64,000 bases of DNA, taken from positions 6,485 to 70,484 of the forward strand of contig JAQUQN010000002.1 in assembly GCA_028716065.1 (NCBI GenBank), written 5' to 3'. This stretch comes from Candidatus Omnitrophota bacterium. GTDB lineage: Bacteria; Omnitrophota; Gorgyraeia; 2-01-FULL-45-10. Made by a program: the position numbers and the translations under genes. Below the pieces are notes generated by a model. It worked only from the letters and a program-made list of their open reading frames with translations, did not search any database and was not told the DNA's origin. The number at the start of each line of letters is the position of its first letter. Position 1 is the first letter of the stretch. Positions 8,682 through 15,975 of the stretch are shown here, piece by piece.

Positions 8682-9038
8682 ATGAGGAAAATCATATGTA
8701 GCGTGGTCTCGATGTGCCTGGTATTATCTTTTATCTTTATAATGACGTCTCAGGCTGCTGAAGAAAATACTACGGGCAGAGATGCTAAAAGTTTCTGGCA
8801 GAGACTCTTCAACTATCCCGCAAAAGTTACAAACGAATCGGCCAACGTCGTAGCCGAAACGGGGAAAAGGGGCACCAGGGTAGTTACCGATGAAGTGAAG
8901 AGGGTGGGCCAGGTTACTTCCGGCGATGTGGCAAAGTCAAAAGAACTGGTCACCGAACCGATCACCGGAACAGCGGAAACGGTCGTAGATGCCGTAAAAG
9001 GAACCGCGAAAGCGCCCATAGAAGCAGCTAAGGAATAA
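8682..9038 (+). CDS. Secreted hypothetical protein
   Basis: Signal peptide ending SQAAEE. Preceded by RBS aaaggaggag and a TTGATT-N17-TATATT promoter. Confidence 0.5.
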   Translation: MRKIICSVVSMCLVLSFIFIMTSQAAEENTTGRDAKSFWQRLFNYPAKVTNESANVVAETGKRGTRVVTDEVKRVGQVTSGDVAKSKELVTEPITGTAETVVDAVKGTAKAPIEAAKE

Positions 9039-9085
9039 GAAGCTATAGTCGAGAAAATAATATTTTCAGCCTAAACAAAAGATGA

Positions 9086-9125
9086 AAAAGCCATATTTTC
9101 TTAGATGAAGATGTATGGCTTTTTC
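9086..9125 (+). terminator. Intrinsic terminator
   Basis: AAAAGCCATA...TATGGCTTTT stem with an 18-nt loop and a T-rich tail. Confidence 0.5.
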
Positions 9126-9135
9126 TGTATTATCC

Positions 9136-9654
9136 ATGAAACGTTTTTTGTTCTGCATAACGCTGATCGTCGTAACTGTCTTTGTCACCGCGTCGTTGTA
9201 TCAGCCCGTTTCCATAGCTCTGTTCAATATAAGAGAGCCCTATTTTAAGAGCCCAATCATGAACGGCTCTGGCGAGCTGACCATACGAAGTGATTCCAGG
9301 GGCGATGGCCATTACGGCGCGAAGCGAAGAAATAACAGGACGCATAGCGGTATCGATATAGCGGCGCCCGTGGGCACCCCTGTATATGCGGCCAAAAGCG
9401 GCATTGCGTTTTGCGGCAAGGTGCCTACCGGTTACGGCAAATATGTCATGATATACCATCCCGATGGTTCTCAGACGATGTATGCGCACTTATCGGATTG
9501 GGCCGTTGTCTCCACGCAAAAGATAGCACGGGGGCAAGTGGTGGGATTCGTCGGCAAGAGCGGCAATGCCGCCAATAAGCATATACAGCCGCATCTACAT
9601 TTCGAGATACGCAAGACCGGCAAGCCGCAGAATCCCATGGAACTGATGAGATAG
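9136..9654 (+). CDS. M23 family metallopeptidase
   Basis: HSGIDIAAPVGTPVYAA and HLHFEIR motifs. Start moved to ATG 9136 because the 9115 ATG lies inside the upstream terminator stem. Confidence 0.85.
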   Translation: MKRFLFCITLIVVTVFVTASLYQPVSIALFNIREPYFKSPIMNGSGELTIRSDSRGDGHYGAKRRNNRTHSGIDIAAPVGTPVYAAKSGIAFCGKVPTGYGKYVMIYHPDGSQTMYAHLSDWAVVSTQKIARGQVVGFVGKSGNAANKHIQPHLHFEIRKTGKPQNPMELMR

Positions 9655-9666
9655 GAGGACGTTATT

Positions 9667-9804
9667 ATGAAAAAGTTTATATTGGCCTGTTTATTGTTAA
9701 GCATCTTCGCGATCCTCGAAGGATGCGGCGAAACCATACAAGGCGTGGGAAAAGACGCAAACCGGATGGGTAAAGGCGTCAATACCTTTTTCTTCCGACA
9801 GTGA
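9667..9804 (+). CDS. Entericidin-like small lipoprotein (45 aa; below ORF-track cutoff)
   Basis: RBS aggagg 6 nt upstream. Sequence MKKFILACLLLSIFAILEGCGETIQGVGKDANRMGKGV has a lipobox Cys followed by the GxGxDxxxxG pattern of EcnA/B. Confidence 0.45.
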   Translation: MKKFILACLLLSIFAILEGCGETIQGVGKDANRMGKGVNTFFFRQ

Positions 9805-9827
9805 TTTAAAAGGGGATTGGAATAAAT

Positions 9828-10547
9828 ATGGCCGTACGAATTAGGGAGATCAATAACATAAATATATTGGATATCGAGGGGAACATTGATATAAATTCCT
9901 CCGATATCATAGAGATGGTCGGCTGGCTCGTCAACACCGGGAAACTTCAGATAATCCTGAATTTGGAGAACGCGGGGCTGGTCGACTATAGCGGGTTGTC
10001 GGTGCTGGCCATCGCATATAAAAACGTTGTTAACCACAAAGGTAAAATTAAGTTCGCCCATGTTTCTCTGCCTGCGATGGAGATGTTCAAGATCGTGAGG
10101 CTGGACGGCCTCTTCGAATCGTATGCAGATGTTGAAGCCGCGCTTAAGAGCTTTAGCGAAGAAGAGATCGATAAACTTGCTCTGAGGCGAAAATTTACCA
10201 GGCTTGATATCCATCTGCGTGTTAAATACAGGATTACGGATCCCCGGACAGACGAGGAACGCAAGGTCTTTGAGGGTGACGCCTTAAACATCAGCGCCGC
10301 GGGGGTATACATATATAGTTCTTCGAAATTACCCATAAATACGAAGGTGGATCTGGAATTCATGATCCCGAGCACCAATACCGCGCTGGCGGCGGATGGA
10401 AAGGTAGTCTGGCATGCGGACAAAGAGATTCAACCGCACTCGTATCCCGGAATGGGGGTGGCGTTCACTCACCTATCATCGGAAAAAGAACAAAGAATAA
10501 TCGATTTCATAGACAAGAATATCACCCACAGGGCAGAGCCTTATTAG
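9828..10547 (+). CDS. STAS domain - PilZ domain fusion protein
   Basis: N-terminal anti-sigma-antagonist-like STAS (LVDYSGLSVL). C-terminal PilZ (LRRKFTRL, NISAAG). Confidence 0.75.
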   Translation: MAVRIREINNINILDIEGNIDINSSDIIEMVGWLVNTGKLQIILNLENAGLVDYSGLSVLAIAYKNVVNHKGKIKFAHVSLPAMEMFKIVRLDGLFESYADVEAALKSFSEEEIDKLALRRKFTRLDIHLRVKYRITDPRTDEERKVFEGDALNISAAGVYIYSSSKLPINTKVDLEFMIPSTNTALAADGKVVWHADKEIQPHSYPGMGVAFTHLSSEKEQRIIDFIDKNITHRAEPY

Positions 10548-10563
10548 AGGCGAGCGGCATCTT

Positions 10564-11571
10564 ATGAAATGCAAATTTGATAAATGCAAAAATAGCTCTA
10601 TTACAAATTCCGACTTTTGCTGGAACCATCTTCATGACAAGGAGACATATAAAAAGGATCTTCTCGACCGCATCGACAGGGGCGAGGACTTGTCAGGTTA
10701 TAATCTGCAAAAGGTCTCCTTCAAAGATGCACACCTGGAGAAGGCCAATTTTTCTAAAGCCAACCTGTCTCAGTCTGACTTCTCCGGAAGCCATATATTC
10801 AATTCAATATTCGAGAACGCCGATCTGATAGGGGCGGATTTCACGGATTCCGACGTGACACACTGCGATCTGAAAGGGACTGACATCACAAAATCGCGTT
10901 TCGTGAATGCCAGGCTCTGGAACTCGAACCTATCCGATTCGAACATGACGGAATGCGACATGTCGGGGGCTGATTTCTGGAATACCAGATTATTCAATGT
11001 AAAGATATGGCACACGACCTTCGCAGCCGCCAAGTCGCTCAATCAGAGGAATTTTTCAAGCGAAAAGAAATTGATGCCGGCGCCGCGGATAAACGAGACG
11101 GGCCTATTTTCGGCGCAGGAGTCATACAGGGACCTCAAAGGCTACTTTCTCGCCGGCGGCATGTATGATGACGCCAGCTGGGCTTCGTTCAAGGAGAAGA
11201 GCCTGGAACGCCTTATCCTCCTGAAGAACAGGGACATCGCGTATTTCCCCAGCCTTCTCATGAACATCCTGTGCGGATACGGCGAGAAACCTTACCGGAT
11301 AGTACTGTCCGCGATCGTGTCGATACTTTTTTTCGCCATAATGTTCTTCACATTCAATACCGTAGAAAACCCCGCCAATCCCGGGTATTCGATGAACTGG
11401 GCCGATTATCTCTATTACAGCGCCATAACCTTTACGACGGTGGGTTATGGCGACTTCATTCCGAGGCCGATCCCCATCTTCAGGCTCCTGGCGGCATGCG
11501 AGGGCTTCATAGGCGTCTTCCTGACAGGGCTCTTCGTATTCACGCTGGCAAGAAGATACTCTGCCAGATAA
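10564..11571 (+). CDS. Pentapeptide-repeat protein fused to a 2-TM K+ channel pore
   Basis: Run of A(D/N)LxX-type repeats, then two TM helices flanking the selectivity filter TTVGYGD. Confidence 0.8.
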   Translation: MKCKFDKCKNSSITNSDFCWNHLHDKETYKKDLLDRIDRGEDLSGYNLQKVSFKDAHLEKANFSKANLSQSDFSGSHIFNSIFENADLIGADFTDSDVTHCDLKGTDITKSRFVNARLWNSNLSDSNMTECDMSGADFWNTRLFNVKIWHTTFAAAKSLNQRNFSSEKKLMPAPRINETGLFSAQESYRDLKGYFLAGGMYDDASWASFKEKSLERLILLKNRDIAYFPSLLMNILCGYGEKPYRIVLSAIVSILFFAIMFFTFNTVENPANPGYSMNWADYLYYSAITFTTVGYGDFIPRPIPIFRLLAACEGFIGVFLTGLFVFTLARRYSAR

Positions 11572-11599
11572 AACAAGTTACATAAATAGATCGGTACAA

Positions 11600-12565
11600 A
11601 TGCCTACCCGTAAAGTTGATTCTAAATTACACAAAATAAGGGACTCCGCAAAGATCTTGAAAGAGTCTCTCGAAAGATGCAGCATCTGTCCGCGCAGATG
11701 CGGCATAAACAGGATCAGAGGAGAGAGGGGTTACTGCAGGGCCGGGCTGCAACCAGCAGTATATAGCCATTCTCCTCACCATGGAGAGGAGCCGCCTCTC
11801 TCAGGGACGCGGGGCTCCGGCACCATATTCTTTACTTATTGCAACATGAAGTGCGCCTATTGTCAGAATTATTACTTCAGCCAGCTCGGGCACGGCGTGG
11901 AGATATCCATAGAAAAGCTTTCCGAGATAATGCTCGGGCTTGAAAAACACGGATGCCATAATATAAATCTCGTAAGCCCGACCCATTTCGTACCGCAGAT
12001 AGTGATGGCGCTGGAGATGGCCGTTGGCAAGGGACTGGATATACCGATCGTCTATAATAGCGGCGGATATGACCTGCCGCGGACATTACGCCTGCTTGAA
12101 GGTATTGTCGATATATACATGCCCGACATGCGGTATAGCGACGACAATACCGCAAAAAAGTATTCGGATGCGGAAGACTATGTTAAATATAACCGCGGTT
12201 CCGTGATGGAGATGCAGCGGCAGGTCGGAGATCTCTTACTCGACGAGAATGGTATCGCCGAAAAAGGGTTGATCGTCAGGCTTCTGGCGCTGCCGCAAGA
12301 GCTGTCCGGTATAAAAGAAAGTTTAAAGTTTATAAAAGACAGGGTCAGCGGAAACGCCTACCTGAGTATCATGAGCCAGTACTACCCTACATATAAGGCC
12401 TATGATTTTAAAGAGCTATCGCGCGGCGTGACGAAGGAAGAGTATAAGAATGTTGTTGACGAGGCAAAGAGATTAGGGTTAAATAATGGTTGGATACAGG
12501 AGAGGCCCCGACAGCAAGACGTTACTTTCCTGGGTACAAACATAAAACCAAAAAGGGAAATTTAA
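11600..12565 (+). CDS. Radical SAM protein (PflX / PFL-activase-like)
   Basis: CNMKCAYCQN radical-SAM cluster motif, about 320 aa. Confidence 0.8.
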   Translation: MPTRKVDSKLHKIRDSAKILKESLERCSICPRRCGINRIRGERGYCRAGLQPAVYSHSPHHGEEPPLSGTRGSGTIFFTYCNMKCAYCQNYYFSQLGHGVEISIEKLSEIMLGLEKHGCHNINLVSPTHFVPQIVMALEMAVGKGLDIPIVYNSGGYDLPRTLRLLEGIVDIYMPDMRYSDDNTAKKYSDAEDYVKYNRGSVMEMQRQVGDLLLDENGIAEKGLIVRLLALPQELSGIKESLKFIKDRVSGNAYLSIMSQYYPTYKAYDFKELSRGVTKEEYKNVVDEAKRLGLNNGWIQERPRQQDVTFLGTNIKPKREI

Positions 12566-12566
12566 G

Positions 12567-13280
12567 ATGCCTGAGAAGGAAAATAAAGGCGCTTCTTACG
12601 CCAGGCAACTGGAAGCGATCTCGAAGGTCAGCAAGACCATCACATCCGGACTATATCTGGAAGAGATCCTGAAACTCATCGTAACCGTGACGGCGGAGAT
12701 AATGAACTCAAAGATATGTTCACTGATGCTGTTAGATGAGAAGAGCAACATGCTCGTGCTCAAGGCAACGCAGTCGATGAGCGAGGTCTATAATAAGAAG
12801 TCCCCCTTGAAGGTAGGCGAGGGCATTGCGGGCAAGGTCGCGCAACAGAACAGCCCTATGGCAATATATGATATAGCCAAGGAGGCGGAATATAAAAATA
12901 AGGACATAGCAAAAAAAGAAGGATTAAAATCCCTTCTATCCGTCCCTCTGGCAGTAAAGGGCAGGGTAATAGGCGTACTCAATAATTACACTTCTCACCC
13001 TCACAAGTTCATTAAAAGCGAAGTCGAACTTCTGACCACGGTAGCAAACCAGGCTGCCATAGTGATAGAAAACGCGGCGCTGATGCTAAAAGCGAAGGTC
13101 ATGCAGGACGAACTTGAGACCAGAAAAACGGTCGAAAGGGCCAAGGGGGTACTGATGCGCACCCAGGGCCTTTCCGAAGAGGAGGCGTTCAGAAAGATAC
13201 AGAAACAGAGCATGGACATGAGAAAAACGATGCGCGAGATTGCCGAGGCCATCCTGCTTCTCGAGAAGATGAAATCCTGA
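12567..13280 (+). CDS. GAF-ANTAR RNA-binding antiterminator-type regulator (paralog 1)
   Basis: GAF-like N-terminal two-thirds (GEGIAGKV...VPLAVKGRVIGVLN). C-terminal ANTAR signature (ERAKGVLMRTQGLSEEEAFRKIQKQSMDMRKTMREIAEAI). Confidence 0.85.
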   Translation: MPEKENKGASYARQLEAISKVSKTITSGLYLEEILKLIVTVTAEIMNSKICSLMLLDEKSNMLVLKATQSMSEVYNKKSPLKVGEGIAGKVAQQNSPMAIYDIAKEAEYKNKDIAKKEGLKSLLSVPLAVKGRVIGVLNNYTSHPHKFIKSEVELLTTVANQAAIVIENAALMLKAKVMQDELETRKTVERAKGVLMRTQGLSEEEAFRKIQKQSMDMRKTMREIAEAILLLEKMKS

Positions 13281-13315
13281 CCCATGTTAGGCAATAAAAA
13301 GTTGCTACTTTATGA

Positions 13316-13343
13316 TTGACAGAATCTGAAAATATGGTATACT
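13316..13343 (+). promoter_or_regulatory. Sigma70-type promoter (TTGACA-N16-TATACT, TGn) for nadE leader
   Basis: Exact -35. Followed by two leader terminators. Confidence 0.6.
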
Positions 13344-13361
13344 TATTATGAAGAGACAAGG

Positions 13362-13398
13362 ATGTCTTTCGGCAAAGTATGCTGAAAGACATTTTTTA
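13362..13398 (+). terminator. nadE leader terminator 1
   Basis: 13-bp stem ATGTCTTTCGGCA / TGCTGAAAGACAT (one G.U), loop AAGTA, then TTTTTT. Confidence 0.75.
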
Positions 13399-13408
13399 TA
13401 GACTAGGG

Positions 13409-13448
13409 CGTCTAGATCCGATATTGCGGATATAGGCGTTTTTTGTTT
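13409..13448 (+). terminator. nadE leader terminator 2
   Basis: CGTCTA-g-ATCCG-atattg-CGGAT-a-TAGGCG (11 bp, one G.U), then TTTTTTGTTT. Ends 12 nt before the nadE ATG. Confidence 0.55.
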
Positions 13449-13460
13449 ATAGGCGGTTTT

Positions 13461-15143
13461 ATGAAGAGAAATATGCGTTTTGCGATAGCCCAGATCGATT
13501 GTTGTGTAGGCGATTTTGAAGGCAACCTTAAGAAGATGACGGCCTGCCTTCAACAAGCCAAGCAGACGGGGGTGGATATTATAGCCTTTCCGGAACTTGC
13601 TGTGACGGGCTATCCCCCTGAAGATCTCCTCCTCAAGGCCAGATTCATAGATGAAAATCTGGAGACCTTGAGAAAGTTATCCAGGTCCGTAGAAGACGTG
13701 GTGGCCGTTATAGGTTTTGTCGACAGGATAGGCTCGGATATATATAATGCGGCAGCGGTAATATATAAAGGCAAGGTGCTAGGAAAATACTATAAGATGT
13801 TCTTGCCCAATTACGGCGTATTCGATGAGCACAGGTATTTCAGGCAGGGTAAGGAACCAATAGTATTCAAGTGGGGCGATCTGGTATTCGGTGTCAATAT
13901 ATGCGAGGACATATGGCATGAGGATGGGCCCACCCGCGCCCAGGCTTCTAGAGGCGTGAAGGTCATAATAAATATCAACGCCTCGCCTTATTACAGCGGA
14001 AGGATCAGGGAAAGGGAGGAGGCCGTAAAAAGCCAGGCAATAGAGAATAAGGTCCATGTGGTTTACGCCAATCTCGTAGGAGGACAGGACGAACTGATCT
14101 TCGATGGCCAGAGCATGATAGTGGATAATAACGGAAAGATAATAAAAAAGGCCGAGGCCTTCAAGGAAGACTTGCTTATTGCTGACCTGGAGATACCGGA
14201 AAACTCTGAAAGATTGAAGGACCTTTATATTACTATCGGTGATAGCGTACCTCCAAAAGATAAGCCTGGTCTGGTCCGGAAAGAGGTAAAGCAGTTAGAC
14301 CCTGTTAGCGAGGTATATGAAGCGCTGGCCCTGGGATTGAGGGACTATGTGACCAAAAACGGTTTTAAAAAAGTGGTTCTCGGATTAAGCGGAGGGATAG
14401 ACTCGTCCCTCGTTGCCTCCATAGCAACGGATGCCATGGGCAAGGACAATGTTATCGGAATTTACATGCCTTCCCGCTACTCTTCATCCGATTCGGAAAA
14501 TGACGCCAAAAAACTGGCTGCGAATCTAGGCATACAGCTTTTGACCATAAGTATCGAGCAGATATTTAAAATATCCCTGATGTCGCTGGACCCTAAATTT
14601 TCCGGACTGGCCAAAGATTCGACCGAAGAGAACCTTCAGGCGCGTATAAGGGGAAACATCCTGATGGCACTTTCAAATAAATTCGGGTGGCTGGTATTGA
14701 CAACCGGAAATAAATCGGAGATGAGCACGGGTTATTCTACATTGTATGGCGACATGGCAGGAGGACTGGCCGTTATAAAGGATGTCCCCAAAACTTTAGT
14801 TTATAAACTGGTTAAATACAGGAATACGGTGAGCGCTGTGATACCCGAGTCGGTGATCAAAAAGGAGCCCACGGCTGAACTGAAACACGACCAAAAGGAT
14901 AGAGACACCCTGCCTCCCTACGATGTGCTGGATCCTATCCTGAAGGCATATGTGGAGGATGATAAGGGACTGAAGGAAATAGTGGCATTGGGTTTTAACA
15001 AGGATACCGTATGCAAAGTCCTGAACATGGTCGATAGAAGCGAATATAAACGCCGCCAATCGCCTCCGGGTTTGAAGATAACCCCTAGGGCGTTCGGCAG
15101 GGACAGGAGAATGCCGGTTACCTCTAGATATAAAGAATATTAA
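13461..15143 (+). CDS. nadE: Glutamine-dependent NAD+ synthetase (CN-hydrolase + NAD synthetase domains)
   Basis: N-terminal nitrilase-like domain (FPELAVTGYPPEDL, NICEDIW). C-terminal SGGIDSS PP-loop. Start chosen at ATG 13461. Confidence 0.9.
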   Translation: MKRNMRFAIAQIDCCVGDFEGNLKKMTACLQQAKQTGVDIIAFPELAVTGYPPEDLLLKARFIDENLETLRKLSRSVEDVVAVIGFVDRIGSDIYNAAAVIYKGKVLGKYYKMFLPNYGVFDEHRYFRQGKEPIVFKWGDLVFGVNICEDIWHEDGPTRAQASRGVKVIININASPYYSGRIREREEAVKSQAIENKVHVVYANLVGGQDELIFDGQSMIVDNNGKIIKKAEAFKEDLLIADLEIPENSERLKDLYITIGDSVPPKDKPGLVRKEVKQLDPVSEVYEALALGLRDYVTKNGFKKVVLGLSGGIDSSLVASIATDAMGKDNVIGIYMPSRYSSSDSENDAKKLAANLGIQLLTISIEQIFKISLMSLDPKFSGLAKDSTEENLQARIRGNILMALSNKFGWLVLTTGNKSEMSTGYSTLYGDMAGGLAVIKDVPKTLVYKLVKYRNTVSAVIPESVIKKEPTAELKHDQKDRDTLPPYDVLDPILKAYVEDDKGLKEIVALGFNKDTVCKVLNMVDRSEYKRRQSPPGLKITPRAFGRDRRMPVTSRYKEY

Positions 15144-15187
15144 ACTCCTATCGCGTTGAAGAGATAGGATACTAAAAGGTGCGATGC

Positions 15188-15231
15188 AGCCCTTTATGCG
15201 CAAAGTAGGCGTGTAAAGGGCTTTAGTTTTT
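15188..15231 (+). terminator. nadE 3' terminator
   Basis: AGCCCTTTA / TAAAGGGCT, 9 bp, 17-nt loop, tail TTAGTTTTT. Confidence 0.65.
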
Positions 15232-15240
15232 ACAAGGCTG

Positions 15241-15789
15241 GTGATAAGAATGAACTTAAATTTCGAAACGCTCGTCAATAGAATAACGCCCACGCTGAAA
15301 AGGATAACGCACCGGCTTAACGGCCATTTTACCTTTTTCGACGACGATGATCTATACCAGGAGGCCGTGACATATCTATGGCCGCTCTTCCAAAGAGGCA
15401 GACTTGGCGACAAGACGGACAGTTATATCCTACAGGGCTGTTATTTTCATCTTAAAAATTATATACGCACCTCGATGGACAAGGCCAAATTGATAAGCAT
15501 CTATAAGATAATAGATGCTGACGAAACCGAGCTTGGCGCGGTCCTGGCCGCGAAGGAGACGCCGGATCCGGAAAATCTGGAATACAAGATATTACTGAAA
15601 GAATCGGATAGGATGGGCCTGACGGAAAAGGAAAGGCGCGTTATATCATATTCATTGGAGGGACTTACTACAAGAGAGATAGGCGACCGCCTCGGTGTAT
15701 CTCACGTAATGGTGCTAAAGATAAAGGGAAAGATCAAACATAAGCTGCGTATTTTCAGAAATGAATACCGGAGAGGTTACCAAAATTAG
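15241..15789 (+). CDS. Sigma-70 family (ECF-like) RNA polymerase sigma factor
   Basis: Region-2-like DDLYQEAVTYLW. Region-4 HTH LTEKERRVISYSLEGLTTREIGDRLGVSHVMV. Confidence 0.7.
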   Translation: MIRMNLNFETLVNRITPTLKRITHRLNGHFTFFDDDDLYQEAVTYLWPLFQRGRLGDKTDSYILQGCYFHLKNYIRTSMDKAKLISIYKIIDADETELGAVLAAKETPDPENLEYKILLKESDRMGLTEKERRVISYSLEGLTTREIGDRLGVSHVMVLKIKGKIKHKLRIFRNEYRRGYQN

Positions 15790-15814
15790 GCATTTTTTAC
15801 TTGTAGAATCGTAG
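15774..15814 (+). promoter_or_regulatory. Conserved 41-nt box, copy 1 (upstream of porin-amtB-glnK)
   Basis: AGGTTACCAaAaTtAgGCATTTTTTACTTGTAgAaTcGTAG. 34/41 identical to 18917-18957. Contains a TAnAnT -10-like hexamer. Overlaps the sigma-factor stop codon. Confidence 0.6.
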
Positions 15815-15849
15815 CCTTGGCAACAAAGGCTAAAGACACATAGAAGTGT
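15812..15849 (+). promoter_or_regulatory. Tandem leader hairpins (amtB operon leader)
   Basis: TAGCCTT-GGCAACA-AAGGCTA and, 3 nt later, ACAC-ATAGAA-GTGT. The second has a hexaloop with A at position 1 and G at position 4, as in ANTAR target loops. Confidence 0.45.
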
Positions 15850-15859
15850 AAAAATGACG

Positions 15860-15896
15860 AAGGCGTTTGGAAGATAAAACGCCTTTTATTTTTTTC
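15860..15896 (+). terminator. amtB-operon leader terminator a
   Basis: AAGGCGTTT-ggaagata-AAACGCCTT then TTATTTTTTT. The 5' arm carries ACGAAGGCGTT. Confidence 0.75.
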
Positions 15897-15908
15897 ATAG
15901 TGGACAGG

Positions 15909-15956
15909 GACGTCTATTCTAATCCGAGGAGGAAAGGAGAGGCGTCTTTTGTTTTT
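15909..15956 (+). terminator. amtB-operon leader terminator b (weaker)
   Basis: GACGTCT / AGGCGTC (7 bp, one G.U), 24-nt loop, tail TTTTGTTTTT. Confidence 0.4.
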
Positions 15957-15975
15957 ATATTAAAGGAGATTTTTA

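Noticed and set aside
9471-10214. Long antisense or overlapping ORFs in the track: 9471-10214(-), 14796-15413(-), 23578-24366(-), 40802-41341(-), 42193-42708(+), 50151-50999(-), 51528-52256(-), 57677-58429(-) and many shorter ones.
   Set aside because: Each lies opposite or out of frame to a gene with strong conserved motifs (M23/STAS-PilZ, nadE, gltB, DUF1846, purF, guaA, parA-like). None has a recognisable motif or RBS. They are typical shadow ORFs.
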